A DNA stretch of 64,000 bases from Eledone cirrhosa (GCA_964016885.1 OZ024741.1:328662001-328726000), one strand, 5' to 3'; positions 32,342 to 48,426 are shown, counted from the first letter of the stretch. Numbers and translations: made by a program. Notes: a model not told the origin generated them from the letters alone.

Positions 32342-33471
32342 AGACGAGAAAACAGAACCCAGATCCCCTCAGGGAAATGGCCTTGCTCAGTATGTAGGAA
32401 AGGTGTAGGTAGGAACTCCATTCTTTGCCCCAAATGCAAACAATGGGTACACAAGAGATGTAGCGGGATCTCAGGAAGCTTAATTAAGAATGTAGGATTC
32501 ACATGCAGCAGCTGTGCTGAAACAGCAAGCAAACAGCCACAGGAAACAAGTACCACCAATCTCTGGGAGGGCCCTGTAGAAACAGTAGACAGCTTCTGCT
32601 ACCTAGGTGACCGAATTAGCAACGGAGGTGGGTGCTCAGAAAGTACAATAACTAGGGTAAGAACGGGATGGAAGAAGTTTAGGGAACTACTACCACTGCT
32701 AGCTGCAAAAGGCTTCTCCCTCAGAATGAAAGGCAGACTGTATGATGCGTGTATCCGAACAGCGATGTTGCATGGTAGTGAGACCTGGGCGCTGAAGGTG
32801 GAAGACTTACGTAGATTAGAGAGAAACGAAGCCTGCATGCTCCGATGGATGTGTAACAGTAATATACGTGAACGACAAAGCATAAATGAATTGAGAGAGA
32901 GACTGAGCATAAGAGGAATCAAATGCTGCGTGCAGGAGAGGCGGTTACGCTGGTATGGACATGTGATGCGTATGAAGGATGACAGCTGCATAAAAAGGTG
33001 CAGAGCACTAGAAGTTGATGGAAACCGCGGAGTGGGGAGACCCAAGATGACTTGGGATGAGGTGATAAAAGCCGACCTTACCCAACTACACCTCTCAAAG
33101 TCAATGACACACGACCGTGACTTCTGGCGTCACGCAGTAATACAGGGTACCCGACCTCCCATGGGTACATGCTGAAGCATATAAACAATATGCCCCCCCC
33201 CCCCACCGCAAGGTGGTCGTGGAGGTGCCACGGCAAAAAAGCACCCAGCCCACACTGTAAAGTGGACGTGTAGGCGCCACGAAAAAGCACCCAGCACTCA
33301 CTGTAAATGAGGTTGGTGTTAGGAAGGGCATCCAGCTGTAGAAATCAAGCCAGATCAGTTCCTGTATGAGCAAGGCATGGTCAGCCGACCAGACACTGCC
33401 CACAACAGGACAACCCGTCTAACCCATGCTAGCGTGGAAGAACGGACGTAAAACGGTGATGATGATGATGA
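32342..33471 (+). mobile_element. 5'-truncated RTE-clade LINE (RT C-terminus with PHD-like Cys/His finger, (GAT)n tail)
   Basis: Open frame [77 protein letters not shown] to 33175; 3' gatgatgatg. Confidence 0.9.
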
Positions 33472-33482
33472 TATATATATAG

Positions 33483-33541
<59 letters not shown>

Positions 33542-33543
33542 CG

Positions 33544-33606
<63 letters not shown>

Positions 33607-33799
33607 TGAGTTTGCCGTTTTAGTCACCGACGACTCAACCATGCGACAGGTTATACCTGATTGTATGTTATCTCTAGCGCTCAAGAGTGACCTGAGACAC
33701 TCACACACAGACACACATACACTCACAGACATTCACACACAAACACACAACCATTCACACACACACACATATATGTATAACGCATATACATACACATAC

Positions 33800-33852
<53 letters not shown>

Positions 33853-33858
<6 letters not shown>

Positions 33859-33975
33859 TAACAGATTAAAGTTTATGCAAAGAGTCGCTGCTTTCAAACT
33901 TAACGGGATCTTCTGAAACACCCGTTAAGGGTGAAAGCAGCGATTCTTTGCTTAAACTTTAATCTGTTATTTTAA
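33853..33975. repeat. Fold-back of the CAGAAGA-HHR element
   Basis: ttaaaataacagattaaagttt...aaactttaatctgttattttaa inverted arms. Confidence 0.7.
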
Positions 33976-34081
33976 TAAATATTTGCTCTACGGTTCTTAT
34001 ATATGTGATATATATTTATCCTTATCGAGCCCTCTTTGGATTTTAGTCTTCAAATTTATTATTATTACTATATATGTGTGT

Positions 34082-34156
<75 letters not shown>

Positions 34157-34404
34157 GTGTGCGCGCGCGCGTGTGTGTGTATATGTGTGTGTGTATCTGT
34201 GTGCGTATGTTTATGTGTGCAGAATTGCTTTCCCACCCCATCCCACTCCGCTTTTCCTAAAATTTCTTCATACTAGGTCATTGATCCGACAACCAAGGAT
34301 ATAATCAAATCCAAACTCTGTATATATATATATTGTAATTTAATTGAACAAAACATATCAATACAATCTCACACTCATCAACACACATGTACACAATGCA
34401 TTAC

Positions 34405-34770
34405 AAACACACGCATACTGAAATATATATATATATAAACACACACATACTGAAATATATATATATATAAACACACACATACTGAAAGATATATATATAT
34501 AAACACACACATACTGAAAGATATATATATATAAACACACACATACTGAAAGATATATATAAACACACACATACAGAAAGATATATATATATAAACACAC
34601 ACATACTGAAAGATATATATATATAAACACACACATACAGAAAGATATATATATATATATAAACACACATACTGAAAGATAGATATATATAAACACACGC
34701 ATACTGAAATATATATATATATAAACACACACATACTGAAAGATATATATATATAAACACACACATGCAT
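34405..34770. repeat. ~28-bp minisatellite (acacacacatactgaaagatatatatatataa)
   Basis: Direct reading, about 12 units. Confidence 0.85.
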
Positions 34771-35551
34771 GCAAACGACATCGCACAACCATATATATGT
34801 AGACAAGGATATAAATAAACACACACACAATAACGCGCATGTACACATTACACAAACACAAGGATATATACAAACACACGCACACACTCGAACGCTCACA
34901 CAGATGTGCATCCACACGCATGCATACAATAAATTACAAACACATATATATACAATGATATATACAAACACACTCACACACACACGCATGCACACACAGT
35001 ATCACTGAAGCTCATATTCACAAAGATATATACAAATACACACACACTCGCACGCATGCAAAGAATATCTCCCAAACCCATATATACACAAATATATATA
35101 GAATCGCACGCACACACACGCACCAGATACGCTAGCCCACAATTTCAACACAATCACATTTATAGACAAATACATATATATACTATCACACGTACACTTA
35201 CACATACATGCACATAACATCACACAAACATATACTCACAAATATATAAACAAATATACGCGCGCACACACACACACACACACACAGATGGTCACACAGA
35301 CACGCACTGAGATACATGCACACAATATCCCACAAACCCATATATACACAACGATATACAAATACACGCACACACACGTGCCCACAGGCACGCACCCACA
35401 CACTTTAACGCAAAGACACATACTCAGACACGCCTACACATACATACATATACCCATGCAGACAAAAGCGTTCAAAATATAAAGTATAGAAAATGTTCAG
35501 AGAATACACATGGTCATTATTCAAACTTACATTTTGTCACACAACGTTTGT

Positions 35552-35725
35552 TCGGTAAGGGTCGGACGCCATGCTTTGAAGCATAGAGTTACCTCCCTTT
35601 ATGATCTGAGTTCAAATCCCGCCGAGGTTAACTTTGCCTTTCATCCTTACGGGGTCGATAAAATAAAGTACCAGTAGTGCACTGGGATAATTGCTGGCCT
35701 TGTGCCAAAAGTAGAAACAGTTATT
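35552..35725 (+). mobile_element. Meta-domain tRNA SINE (also 56366-56556 +, 41460-41660 -)
   Basis: Near-identical to 14940-15120. Confidence 0.75.
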
Positions 35726-37534
35726 GTATTTCCACAGACGACGTATGAGTGTCCGTGCACCCGAGAGAGCAGACAAGCCTTGTGTGTGTTCAAGGCTTGT
35801 CAACTTTCTCAGGCACACGCAAACTGTAGTGGTTTGAACTCTTATGGCATATTGTCGCAAGGTTCGCTATGTACATCTTCACGCATTCCGATCAAGAAAC
35901 ATTTGTTGTTCTACCTTTCTGCGAGGAAACTCATTAACAAAGGATGGACAGAACTCTCAGTTACATGAAACATCGATGATAAAGGATAGCACCCCCTTCT
36001 TTAAAGGGTCATGGACATGCACATTTTCCATATGATATAAATCCCAGAACCGAGAGTTATATGCAAGATGTGTTAACCTATAGGAATCGTCTCTTAGTAA
36101 CCACATCGAAGACAGTTTACGGTTAGTTCACTGACCGGAAATAGGAATGAAGAATAAAGTGTAGTTTCTTCTCTAATCAGAAATATACAGAACAACAACA
36201 AAAAAACAGTAGTGGTTTGAAATCTTACCACCCTGGCCCCAGAATAAGCAAAAACTTCCACATTTAAGTTTGAACATAAAATATACAGAATGAAATTGGT
36301 ACGTGAAATATAATGTGAATAACTTTTATTCCTACACTGTCTAACTGCTAGTTAGACAGGATTCTGACCTGTAAACGAGTGAGAATTGTTTAATGAGATC
36401 CTAGTAGTTGCGGAAATCCTCTCTATTTATTCCACTCATTTGTGAAAAATCCAAAGCAAGCTCGGAGGTGGGCTGCTATTTGTATTCACCAAATAGTATT
36501 ATCACCTTAGGTTTTCTAACAGATATAATTTAGTATGAAAATATGCAAGTATTTACACAAAATGTTAACTGAGGAATGTAATTGTAGACTGTATATTAAA
36601 TGACTTAGCGACAATGATATGCTCCGGGCAGTTCTTTTATGTCTTTTTTTTTATCAATTCTACTTTCTTAGTGAATTATATTCATTGAACAAAGAAAGCT
36701 CTTTTACGCATTCTTTATCTCCAATCTGTTCTGTCTATGTTTTCGTTACAACTAATTTCGTATAGAGTGCCGTAAAATACGGATGCAATGAAGCAATGAA
36801 CATCTACAACTCGATTTCAGTTTGGGGGTTTCAGCCATTTTATTTCATTCACGATACAAATTTGCTTGAGAAAAGGAATGACTATATAGATGTCCGATTT
36901 TTATCTCTATAATCGAGGTAGTGGAAATTCTATCAGGTCAAAAGACTGCAATGTCAGAACGATATAAATCTCCGGAACCGTGTCAGCTAGAAACCTCATT
37001 TCAAAGCACAACATGTAACGTAGAACAAATGTGAGATCCTATCTTTATGTTGATATGTGTGTTTCTGTGAGTGTGTGTATGTGTGTGGATCTATGTGTGT
37101 GTGTGTATTTGTGGGTATGTGTATGTGTATGAGAGATTATGTGAGTGTATAAATGATATGTGTGTGAGTGTCTATGTGTGTGTATGTATTTGTCTGTGTG
37201 TTTGTGTCTATGTCTTTGTTTGATTCTGTATGTGTGCTTCTATGTATCTATGTGTCTCTGCGTGTGAGTGTGTATGTATATGTGTCTTGATGTGTATCTA
37301 TGTGCGCCTGTTTATATGTGTGTATTTGTGTGTCGAATGTAACATATTAGGTCTATGTTCTTTCCTTCAGCTACAGTTGCTGTTGTCTTTGTTATTAATC
37401 CCCACATTATCCATGACCCAGCAGATCAAAAATGATTGGCATTAAAGCCATGACCATCGTAAATGTTAGCAATTTGTAATTCCTCGCTTTCTCATGTCTT
37501 TCTAGAGGGCGTTGATTTTCGGCACTTTAATAAC

Positions 37535-37870
37535 ACCGCGTGTGGCTAAGTGGTTGAGGTGTTCGCCACATGATCTTAAGGTCGTAATTTCGATTACTGG
37601 TGGCACGTTTTGTCCTCGAACAAGATATTTTATTTCACTTTAACAATTCTATTAAATGACACAAATTATTTGTACCTGTAAGTTAAATGTCCAGCCTGGT
37701 CAAACCTTGTGCCACACTGAATTCATCTGTCATCTATTTTCAGAACACGCAAAGCGTGTAGTTTAGTTGTTAGACAACTCTGATGTTGCGAGTTCGATTC
37801 CCGAACCGGGTGATGTGTTATGTTCTTGATCTAGTCATTTTATTTCACCTTGCTCTTTCTGCCAGGAATT
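37535..37870 (+). mobile_element. Two decayed tRNA-derived SINEs of another family
   Basis: tggctaagtgg A-box, gttcgattccc B-box, ttttatttcac core repeated twice. Confidence 0.5.
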
Positions 37871-38944
37871 GCGACCGGTAGAGAGTCTCAGCAATAGAAA
37901 GAACAATGGAAACATTGTTTCCGTGTTTCTATTTGACGATCACCCCTCCCAGTAACCGATTTAGATCTCGGGAACTTTCAATCGATTCAATCATTTAGCC
38001 ACCCTGTCCTTAATACCACAAGAGGTTTGTTCTGTTGTACGAACAACAGGGACATTCGTCGTTGGAACAGTCGGAGATCCAACAATACAACACCACACAA
38101 CACAATCTTACAGCCTCAAAAGGTATGGAAAGGCCGTGGTCGCTGTATTTACCTCCAGATATACCAAAAAACGTAACCATGATAAGCGATTGTTTTTGTT
38201 TTCTTCTGTTTTTCCATTGTCGGTACTATCTGCCGGCTGCCACGCCTGGCAGAAGTTTCAACGTGAAATATATTTGTTTGCTCGAAAAGACAACACGTCG
38301 CAATATCCAGCACACATACCTCTTATCACGCTCCTTATATGTGCGTATGTAATCAACAACATAGGCCGCACGTCTTCACAAAAGCCAGCACCAGACGAAA
38401 ATTTGCAGTAGGGTTTTACTATTGAGAATAAATAACATTTTCATCCTTCAATCAGAGTGACTGTAAGCATGGGGAGCTGTGGCGTATCTGTGTTGTGTGC
38501 TTGTGTACACCGACGTAAAAAATACCGTGAGTTATCTCCCTTTGTATTTTATACAAAACTATTTTACGTATGCAGCTTGGCCCGGGAAGACAGATGATAA
38601 AAGAAAAGAGGTAGCAAAGAAAACGACTATATTAGATGTGTTATCTGGTTTACTGTATGAGGCAAGACCGTGGTGTCGGGGAGACCACTAATCATGGGAG
38701 TTCAGAGATATGAAAAATCCCCGTACACAGTCTCACATGCATACACACAGGCCCATGCATGTTCATATGTGGAGACAGAGTTGGGGTGAAATCGTCTGAA
38801 GACACGCACCTACATGTTTCATGCACATGCATGCTCATATGTACGTGTTACATTCATACACCTATACAATAACCAGGGAAGAAGGTGGTAAGACAATCTG
38901 CACATATAAATATAGGAAGTATAGCATGTAAAAGGATATTTACG

Positions 38945-39395
38945 AGGTGACTTCAATGCCAGTTTTTTCGGAAGGAAGGATTGTGCTGCTTGAATCGTGA
39001 TTTGAATGTGGTAGCTGCCAGTCCTATGTATGTTGTAGTTTTTTTCGGCGTGCTTCGCATTTGTGTACTACATTGGTAGTTAGTCATTAGGAGCCCAGAG
39101 GGAACTCTTCCCCGTAGCGGAAATTGTAGTAGTATTCTATAGTCAAGTTGGTTGGACCGTGGGATCTGTGTCTGCTAAGTTTGGTGCTGTGATATGCAGC
39201 GATACTCTGTGCTATATTTGTTGATGTTTAGTAGCATATCTTCACGCGCTGTTTTTACTGAAAATTCTGTGATAACGGTGCTGTGGTGGGAATTGTCTCG
39301 GGATCATCCCGAAGAAGGTTCAAGCGAAGGGGGTTGCAACTTCCACATTCTGTGGTGAGTTGTACCACGTGACCCTACATTTGCTGTTTCGGTAG
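38945..39395 (-). pseudogene. Decayed Naiad-type PLE fragment
   Basis: rc: RVTWYNSPQNVEVATP..QFPPQHRYHRIFSKN..TYIGLAATTFKSRF, homologous to 58873-59320. Confidence 0.75.
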
Positions 39396-39686
39396 TGGTT
39401 GCGTGTCCGTTGGGGTTCGACAAATTCTATACCTTTTTTAAAAATCCGCTGTCACGTGTATCTCCACTAAGCCCCACCAGATACATTTACCATTCTCTGC
39501 CGCCCCCACTTTCTCCATCAGACCAGTTTACTGTTATGCTAAATTCAACCAAAGCACTAGCAAGAATAGTGCCCTCTCCTACACATATTACTACACATTT
39601 GAAAGCTTGCTGAACAAACAAGACGATACCACTTGTTGCCGCGTTCGGTTGGTTACATCTCTCTCTCTCTCTCTCTCTCTCTCACA

Positions 39687-39719
<33 letters not shown>

Positions 39720-39725
39720 TCTCTC

Positions 39726-39776
<51 letters not shown>

Positions 39777-39783
39777 CTCTCTC

Positions 39784-39825
<42 letters not shown>

Positions 39826-40348
39826 CGTATGGTTGACCGTATATTTAATTAATTTCCACATACTGTTGAAATGTTGGGTAAATATTCTATAGCGGTTGGA
39901 CGCGAAGACGCTGCTGTGGCGTATTTATTTACTGTTTCTTCATAGGTACCTTTTATTCTTATAGCCTGGTCTAATTGATTTTTGTGTGGTTAATTATGGT
40001 GATTTGGAGTAGAGATGATGTATATATATTATCAAATAATTCTCTGAACATGCTTTACTCTATAGTATATACATATATATATATATATATATGATTGATG
40101 TAGACACTATGGAATATGACACTGTAAGTCATAATACATGCATTTCCAAACACATTATTAACAGAGCAGGTACAGTGAATTGACGTCAACAGGGTAGTGA
40201 TATTTCTATAATTGGTACATTGGCTATCAAGTGAGAACCTACTTTGTGTAATATGGTTGTACGACATTCATCACTTCTTGTTATATATGTATGTATATAT
40301 GTATGTAGGAATGAATCCATGTATGTATGCATGTGGAAATTATGTAGG

Positions 40349-40420
<72 letters not shown>

Positions 40421-40631
40421 TATTAATGAGTGTATATATATATATATATATATATATACTTTAACTTTAATTATATCTCATAAAATAATACAACTGGTTT
40501 TTCCACATTATACATATTGTTAGCACCCCAAACACTTAAATTGGGTTTATATTTTAATATAACCTAATGTTTGTTGAGTGAGATGGTTACCAGTCAGAGT
40601 TTAGCTTTAAACTATCTCTGTTATTGTATTA

Positions 40632-40697
<66 letters not shown>

Positions 40698-41814
40698 ACT
40701 AATACATCATACACATTTGTCGTGATGGAAGTCTGTATAATATTAATCTGAAATCTAATATTATAAGTTGTCTCGATGTCTTATAAGACCCGTAATTTAG
40801 TACATCATTACAGGGGATATTACGTCGAATTATATAGCGGAGAGTTACAACTGAGAAATGATCTTGCAACGATAATAAATATTATTCCTAGCTAATTTTA
40901 CACTATATTTAGAAATAACGAGGTGTTTCTTTTAAGAGAGTTAAACTTATGTTCAACGTATTTATGTGTTACCAATTGTCCTCTTTAACTGTCCTCAGGA
41001 CTAAAATAAAACTATTTTTTTATTTTTACTCCAATTTATTATTATTTATAATGTTAATGAGCTGAATTCAAATGTTAGGGAGAATATAATGTTTTCATAA
41101 AGTACAGCTCCTTAGTAATGTTTCGGAAATTGGCTACTCGTGTTTCGTTATTTTATATATCATAACTTCACTATGGAGTTCGACTGGATAGCTGAAATTG
41201 TGCATAGGGACACATCTGTTCAAGGAAAATTTCAATAGATCTGTTTAATTTCATAACAAAAGTATTGCCAATATTAAATTGTGAAAGTATGGTAGCTTAA
41301 TAGGAGCGGCTTCGGCACAGATGCTTTCTTTTGTATTATGAAACATAGCTTTGTTCGACTACTTTTCATAGTTAATCCACCTGCTTTGAATGAGCTTGCA
41401 TTAAGATAACATACATTCAAAATAAAAATGTTGCTCAATGCTCCCTCAATTAATAATCACTTCAAATTTAGTCACAAAGCCAGCAAATTTTGAGTAAAGG
41501 GAAAAGTTGATCTATCCAAGCCGGGTACTTGACTTGTACTTTCTTTTTCGACACGGAAGGATGAAAGTCAGAGTTGACCTCGGTAGGATTTGGACTCAGA
41601 ATGTAAAGAAACAGAACAAACACTGCAAAGGGTTTTTATCGGCATTCTTAAAATTCTGCTATTCTATACGATTAGTATTAAGGATATTATTTAACATCAA
41701 GCATTACAGTTGGGATAAGAACCATATATTCATTAGAAAAGTAATTATTTTAGAGTAATTGTGTTAGTTTAGACGTTTAGAAAAAAAAGAACATAGTCTT
41801 TACAGAATAAAAAT

Positions 41815-41853
<39 letters not shown>

Positions 41854-41859
41854 CACACA

Positions 41860-41916
<57 letters not shown>

Positions 41917-41978
41917 TTATATATATATATATGTATATATATATCTATATATGTATAGATATAGATAGATATATAGAT

Positions 41979-42032
<54 letters not shown>

Positions 42033-42039
42033 AGAGAAT

Positions 42040-42960
42040 ACTGAAAGGTAATATCCGTAGTGGTAGAGCACTCAGTCCATGGGACGAGTTAGGTAGAAGT
42101 GGTAACACAACAGTTAGTTCACCATACCGAGAACAATTGTTTCACCTTAGCGGATCTTCAGCTCGTACAGGTCATGGTTATACGGAACAGGAAGAACATC
42201 CGTATGAACGCGCATGCGCAGAAACCGTTACTTCACCCAAGCGATACAAAGCCACAGGCGAAAGTTGTAAAGGAGATAACTGCGAAATTCAGGAAAAGAT
42301 GTTCGAGTTGATAAGAAAATTAGAATGTTGTTGTTATTCAATCCGGAACTTTGTAGTTATACAAGAGGTGTTTCCAGACATGTGGACAACGTGTGAAGAT
42401 TTCATTATTTGAATTTAGGCAATCGCTTAGAATATTTATCCTTTCTTTAATAAAAAGTCCACAAGACGGATTGTTCCTTCCGTATGGCTTGGACTTAATG
42501 ATGGTTTTCCATTGAATGGAGTAGTCTATACCTGAGTCCTTGAGGGAACATACGTGGCTCGCGAGTTTCGGGGATGATCGTTTGTCTGGGTATCTAAAGG
42601 TCGACTGGTGGTTCAGAAAGCGTTCATTAAATCGACCCCTCGCTATACCCACATAGGATTTGACCTCCTGTGGTTGATTTGGGTGTTGCATTGCTGTTGA
42701 AGGGGACAAGCTTCGGGCTTTCGGCAAGAGCATCTTGGTGGTGTACCGCTCTTAGGACTGTTGGTGATGTGAGCCTTCATATTCTTAGCGCAGGGGTACC
42801 CTAGTTTTACTCTGTGTCTGTTAAAGATGGAGCGGTATTTGTGTCCTATGGGAAAGTGTCTATCTAAGAGGGCTAACAAAATTGTTCCTACATTAGTTTT
42901 AACGTTGAGTGAGAAGGGAGAAGAGAACAAGATAGTTTGACTATTGTTACGATTTCTTTA
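42040..42960 (-). mobile_element. Truncated Naiad-type PLE (linker, GIY-YIG, pLTR with HHR at 42128-42165)
   Basis: SPFSLNVKTNVG..HFPIGHKYRSIFNRHRVKLGYPC..CSCRKPEACPL; YVGIARGRFNERFLNH; rc cgag-CTGAAGA-tccgctaaggt-GAAA-caattg-TT-ctcg. Confidence 0.85.
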
Positions 42961-43337
42961 TGTTGTTATTAGTGCACTTATTTAGATATAAATGTAGAAA
43001 TCTCTCGTGCGTATTAATACTCATGAAATGTAGCGTCTTACTCAACCCGATCTAAGAAAAAAACGCAATACCTTTAGATCTTGAAACCAATAATCTTTAC
43101 AACTAAGCCATGTACTTCAAAATAAACTGCCGAGAATTCTATCTTTAAAACAACCTATTAGTGCTGCATTCTCATTTGACTTTCAAGATTGATTATTTGA
43201 CACAGACAAATCTATATTTTGTTTTCAAAGTAAAACCCAAAGAGGTAAAATCTCAGATAATTGCATGTCTCACATGGCGCCAAGAAGATGCCTGTTACGA
43301 TTTGTTAGGATTGTTAAAATCCTATAAACACACATAT

Positions 43338-43526
<189 letters not shown>

Positions 43527-43625
43527 GTGTGTGTGTATGTATCTATACATGCTTATATATATATATATATGTTTAAATATATGCATGTGTTTATGTATAT
43601 ACACGTATATATATATATGTGTATG

Positions 43626-43722
<97 letters not shown>

Positions 43723-43761
43723 GTATATACATATATGTATAAATGTATATTTATATAATAA

Positions 43762-43801
<40 letters not shown>

Positions 43802-44000
43802 GTGTCTGTGTGTGTATACATATATATACATATGTATATATATATATATAAAATATATATATAATATATATATATGTATATATAAATATATATATACATA
43901 CATATATATGTATATAGATATATATATATATAAAATGGATTATTGCACTCTCATTACCATTCTTTCTCTCTCTCTCTCGCTTTCTATATATATATATATA

Positions 44001-44707
<707 letters not shown>

Positions 44708-45019
44708 GATGGAAAAACAATAGAATGAAACACCTGCATAATGTGATGGAAATGTCCTAGACATATAATTATCACTCGGTCATATCCAGACAGATTTAAA
44801 CACATGCTGTTTGTCCCTCTCTCTCTCCCTTTTTCACTCTCTCTTTCTCTCTATCTATCTAGCTAGCTATCTCTCTCTCTATATATATATGTGTGTGTGT
44901 GTGTGAATGAGAAAGTGAAAGAAAGACAAAGAGCATAATGAATAAGAAGAATATATACAACATACATTTATATGCATGTGCCCATATATATGTATGTATG
45001 TGTGTGTTTATGCATATAC

Positions 45020-45091
<72 letters not shown>

Positions 45092-45276
45092 AAGGAGGTG
45101 TGGTTAGGAACTAGATGGACCCTAACGCACCAGAGTACTCAATACTTAGGGTAGTAGAGTGGTTAATAGGAAAATGTTTAACGCCGACGGCAGAACTCAA
45201 GCCGTTTCGGCGGCTATTTATGGACACCAGAAGTAGCCGTCGACACGGCTTGAGCTCTGCCCTCTGGGTTAAACAT

Positions 45277-45316
<40 letters not shown>

Positions 45317-45826
45317 GAGCGATGCGAGAGATAGAAATAGATAGAAAAATAGAGACTGAGACACAGAAAGTAGGTGAGGAGAGAGAGGCAGAAAGTGAGT
45401 GAGGAGAGCAAGAACACAGAACCATATTCAACATTATTAATACGATAATATAGGTTACATTGTAAACGAAACACATGCGAGGATATTATCAATCAAGAAC
45501 GTCGAGAAGTGACACCCGCTCTGAAAGTCTTTATCGCAATAGATCTTATAATATTTCTGGAAATATTCCCGTTAAGTAAATATTGACATTTATATTATGA
45601 TAAAACCAACAAGGGAAAGCAACTAATGTTTCATATCCTACGCATTCCATAATTTAGTAAGAATGATATTTAGTTATCGACCATTTAGTTTATCACACGG
45701 ACATCGTCTGCTAACGATCGTGCGCTATATTTACGAAGATTTTTCACTACTTATAACGCACACCATAGAAATATCAAATTGTGTATATACATTTATGTAT
45801 ATATATATATAAATATATTTATATAT

Positions 45827-45906
<80 letters not shown>

Positions 45907-45984
45907 CGAAGGAAATGTGGTAAGGAACCAGGTGGACCATAATGCACGAAAGTACTCAATACCTAAGGTAGTAGAGTGGGTAAT

Positions 45985-46107
45985 AGGAACGGGTAGGACC
46001 CCGACAGCTGAGCTGAAGCCGTTTCGACGGCTAATTCTGGAATAAATTTTAGTCCAGAATTAGCCGTTGAAACGGCTTGAGCTCAGCCGTCGGGGTCCTA
46101 CCCGTTC

Positions 46108-46109
<2 letters not shown>
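45985..46109. repeat. Palindrome made of two HHR 3' halves (also 30726-30832 and 45170-45280)
   Basis: ...ccccgacagctgagctgaagccgtttcgacggctaattctgga / tccagaattagccgttgaaacggcttgagctcagccgtcgggg...; same family as 8487-8578. Confidence 0.8.
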
Positions 46110-46173
<64 letters not shown>

Positions 46174-46619
46174 GGAAGCAGAAAATTGCATTTTGTGATC
46201 CAGTTTCTGGTTGAGAAAGCCAGTTTCATGGATGGTTTCGGCGTACGGTTAGTGGTAACTCCACAAGTTTGTAAGAATTCCGTACAATGTTGGAGTATAA
46301 AGTATAAAAGAGAAAACACAGGTAAGCATTAAGAGAAGGATTTTATCCAGGTATTTTGAAAAGTTGGACTGTGAACAACAATTATAATTGAGTGGCTGCT
46401 ATTTGCAGTATAGCAATATAAGGTTGCACTTACCAATGAAACGGTCGTAAATACCTGGATAAAATCTTTCTCTCAATGCTTACCTGTGTTTTCTCTTTTA
46501 TATATATATATAGATATATATATATATATAGTAATAATAATAAATTCGAAGACTAAAATCCAAAGAGGGCTCGATAAGGATAAATATATATCTAATATAT
46601 AAGAACCGTAGAGCAAATA

Positions 46620-46806
46620 TTTATTAAAATAACACATTAAAGTTTAAGCAAAGAATCGCTGCTTTCACCCTCAACGGCATCTTCTGAAACACAAAAAAAA
46701 TCAATCTGTGAACGCGGAGGGAAATATTTTAAAAAATGTTTCAGAAGATCCCGTAAGGGTGAAAGCAGCGATTCTTTGCTTAAACTTTAATCTGTCATTT
46801 TAATAA
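46620..46806. repeat. Fold-back of the CAGAAGA-HHR element (HHR + at 46738-46785, - at 46641-46690)
   Basis: gttt-CAGAAGA-tcccgtaagggt-GAAA-gca..tgc-TT-aaac plus its inverted copy. Confidence 0.7.
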
Positions 46807-46832
46807 ATAAATAAATATATATATATATATAT

Positions 46833-46889
<57 letters not shown>

Positions 46890-48351
46890 GTATTTCGCTT
46901 CAAGCATAGCTTCATACAAATATCTATAGAAATTTCGTATTTCTAAATAAACACGGTTTTTGGAAGCCGTAGCTATACAAACTCTGGAGCTAACGCCCTC
47001 TGGTGGTGTCCAGCAGAAGCAAGGAGGACAACCTACTATACATTCCAGGCTTGTCTGGTCCCTCCCACTGCTTGCGATTGGTGGACTTGAAAACAGTCGA
47101 GAATATATAGGTTTCTCGTCAATACATATATATACATATATATACATATATATATGTAAACTCCCGATCGGTCTAGATTTTACATATCTCTATACCCAGT
47201 CGGTACTCCATATCAGTCATATCTATCCAGCAAAAGGGTGGCGATCAAAAGCGTTGGAGTGAGTTTCCATGTGTGAAATTATCGTTTAGACAGTTGTTAC
47301 ATAATTGTATTTATACAATAATACATATTTCAGTGACACCAGTGTGGAGACGTTGTGCGATCATTAGAAAAGCAACCGGCGCGTGAAGGGTGTAATATGC
47401 TGCAGACAAACGATTCAATATTTGCTAAAATCCAGTGAACCTATGTTAACTTTAATGGTAAACTTCGTGCATTGGGGGTACCGTATTGCATATTGAATAA
47501 TGGCACTTATGGGAACCAATCTCTTAAGACAAGGTGAAAACACGGGACATGAAATGCATTTATTCCCACGAAGTCTGAGAAGTTACGCTCTTTCCATTCT
47601 AACCGAAGTACTAATGACAAAAATATTACTAAATAAATGTACAAAATTGTATATATATTAGCAGAGGGTAGTAAATATAGAATAGTATCATTTATAGGAA
47701 CCAATGTCTTACCTGAAGATGAAACACGGGACGCATATTCCCTTTATTCCCTCCTAGTCTACTAAGTTATGCCCTCACTATTCTCCCCGAAATAGTCTTG
47801 ATCGAAATATTAGTAAATAAATGTACAGAATTGTATATTTTATTAGCAGTGGGAAGTAATTGAAGAAAATGTAAATCATTTGAATAATACTTTGGGAAAT
47901 AATGAGCTATCATTTCTCATATCTTTTGTAGTCATTCCGTCATTCCACCATTCCATCATTCCATTTATTCATAACATCTCCCATTTTCCATTTTGTAGTA
48001 GTATATTCTCCTTTCTGAAAAAGAAAATATACACAATAAATATTAATAATGTAGAATATCACATGATATTATGTTGCTAAAACTGCTTATTTACTTAATG
48101 GAAAACTTAAATGCTTACACATTGTGAATTAAAATCTGAGAATTTCTATTTACAATATGTTTATAAACGACAAAGCTAACAACAATGCATATATAATGTA
48201 TAATGTGTTTCTTTGGTATTTTTTCTTAGCTTTCATCTGTAAAACTGTAAAAGATGTCGAATAGGGATGTGTCTATGTAGTTTTATTACAGGTTTGAAGA
48301 GAGATATGATGATCAAAATTCACCATTTGCTTTTGCGTGCTGAAACCTCAA

Positions 48352-48426
<75 letters not shown>

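Noticed and set aside
40935-41002. Minus-strand CTGAGGA followed by a hairpin
   Set aside because: GTAA instead of GAAA, and stems I and III are unconvincing; at best a decayed relic
47507-47870. HHR in a ~185-bp diverged duplication (ctgaaga-t-gaaa)
   Set aside because: No stem II and no NUH site or stem I pairing
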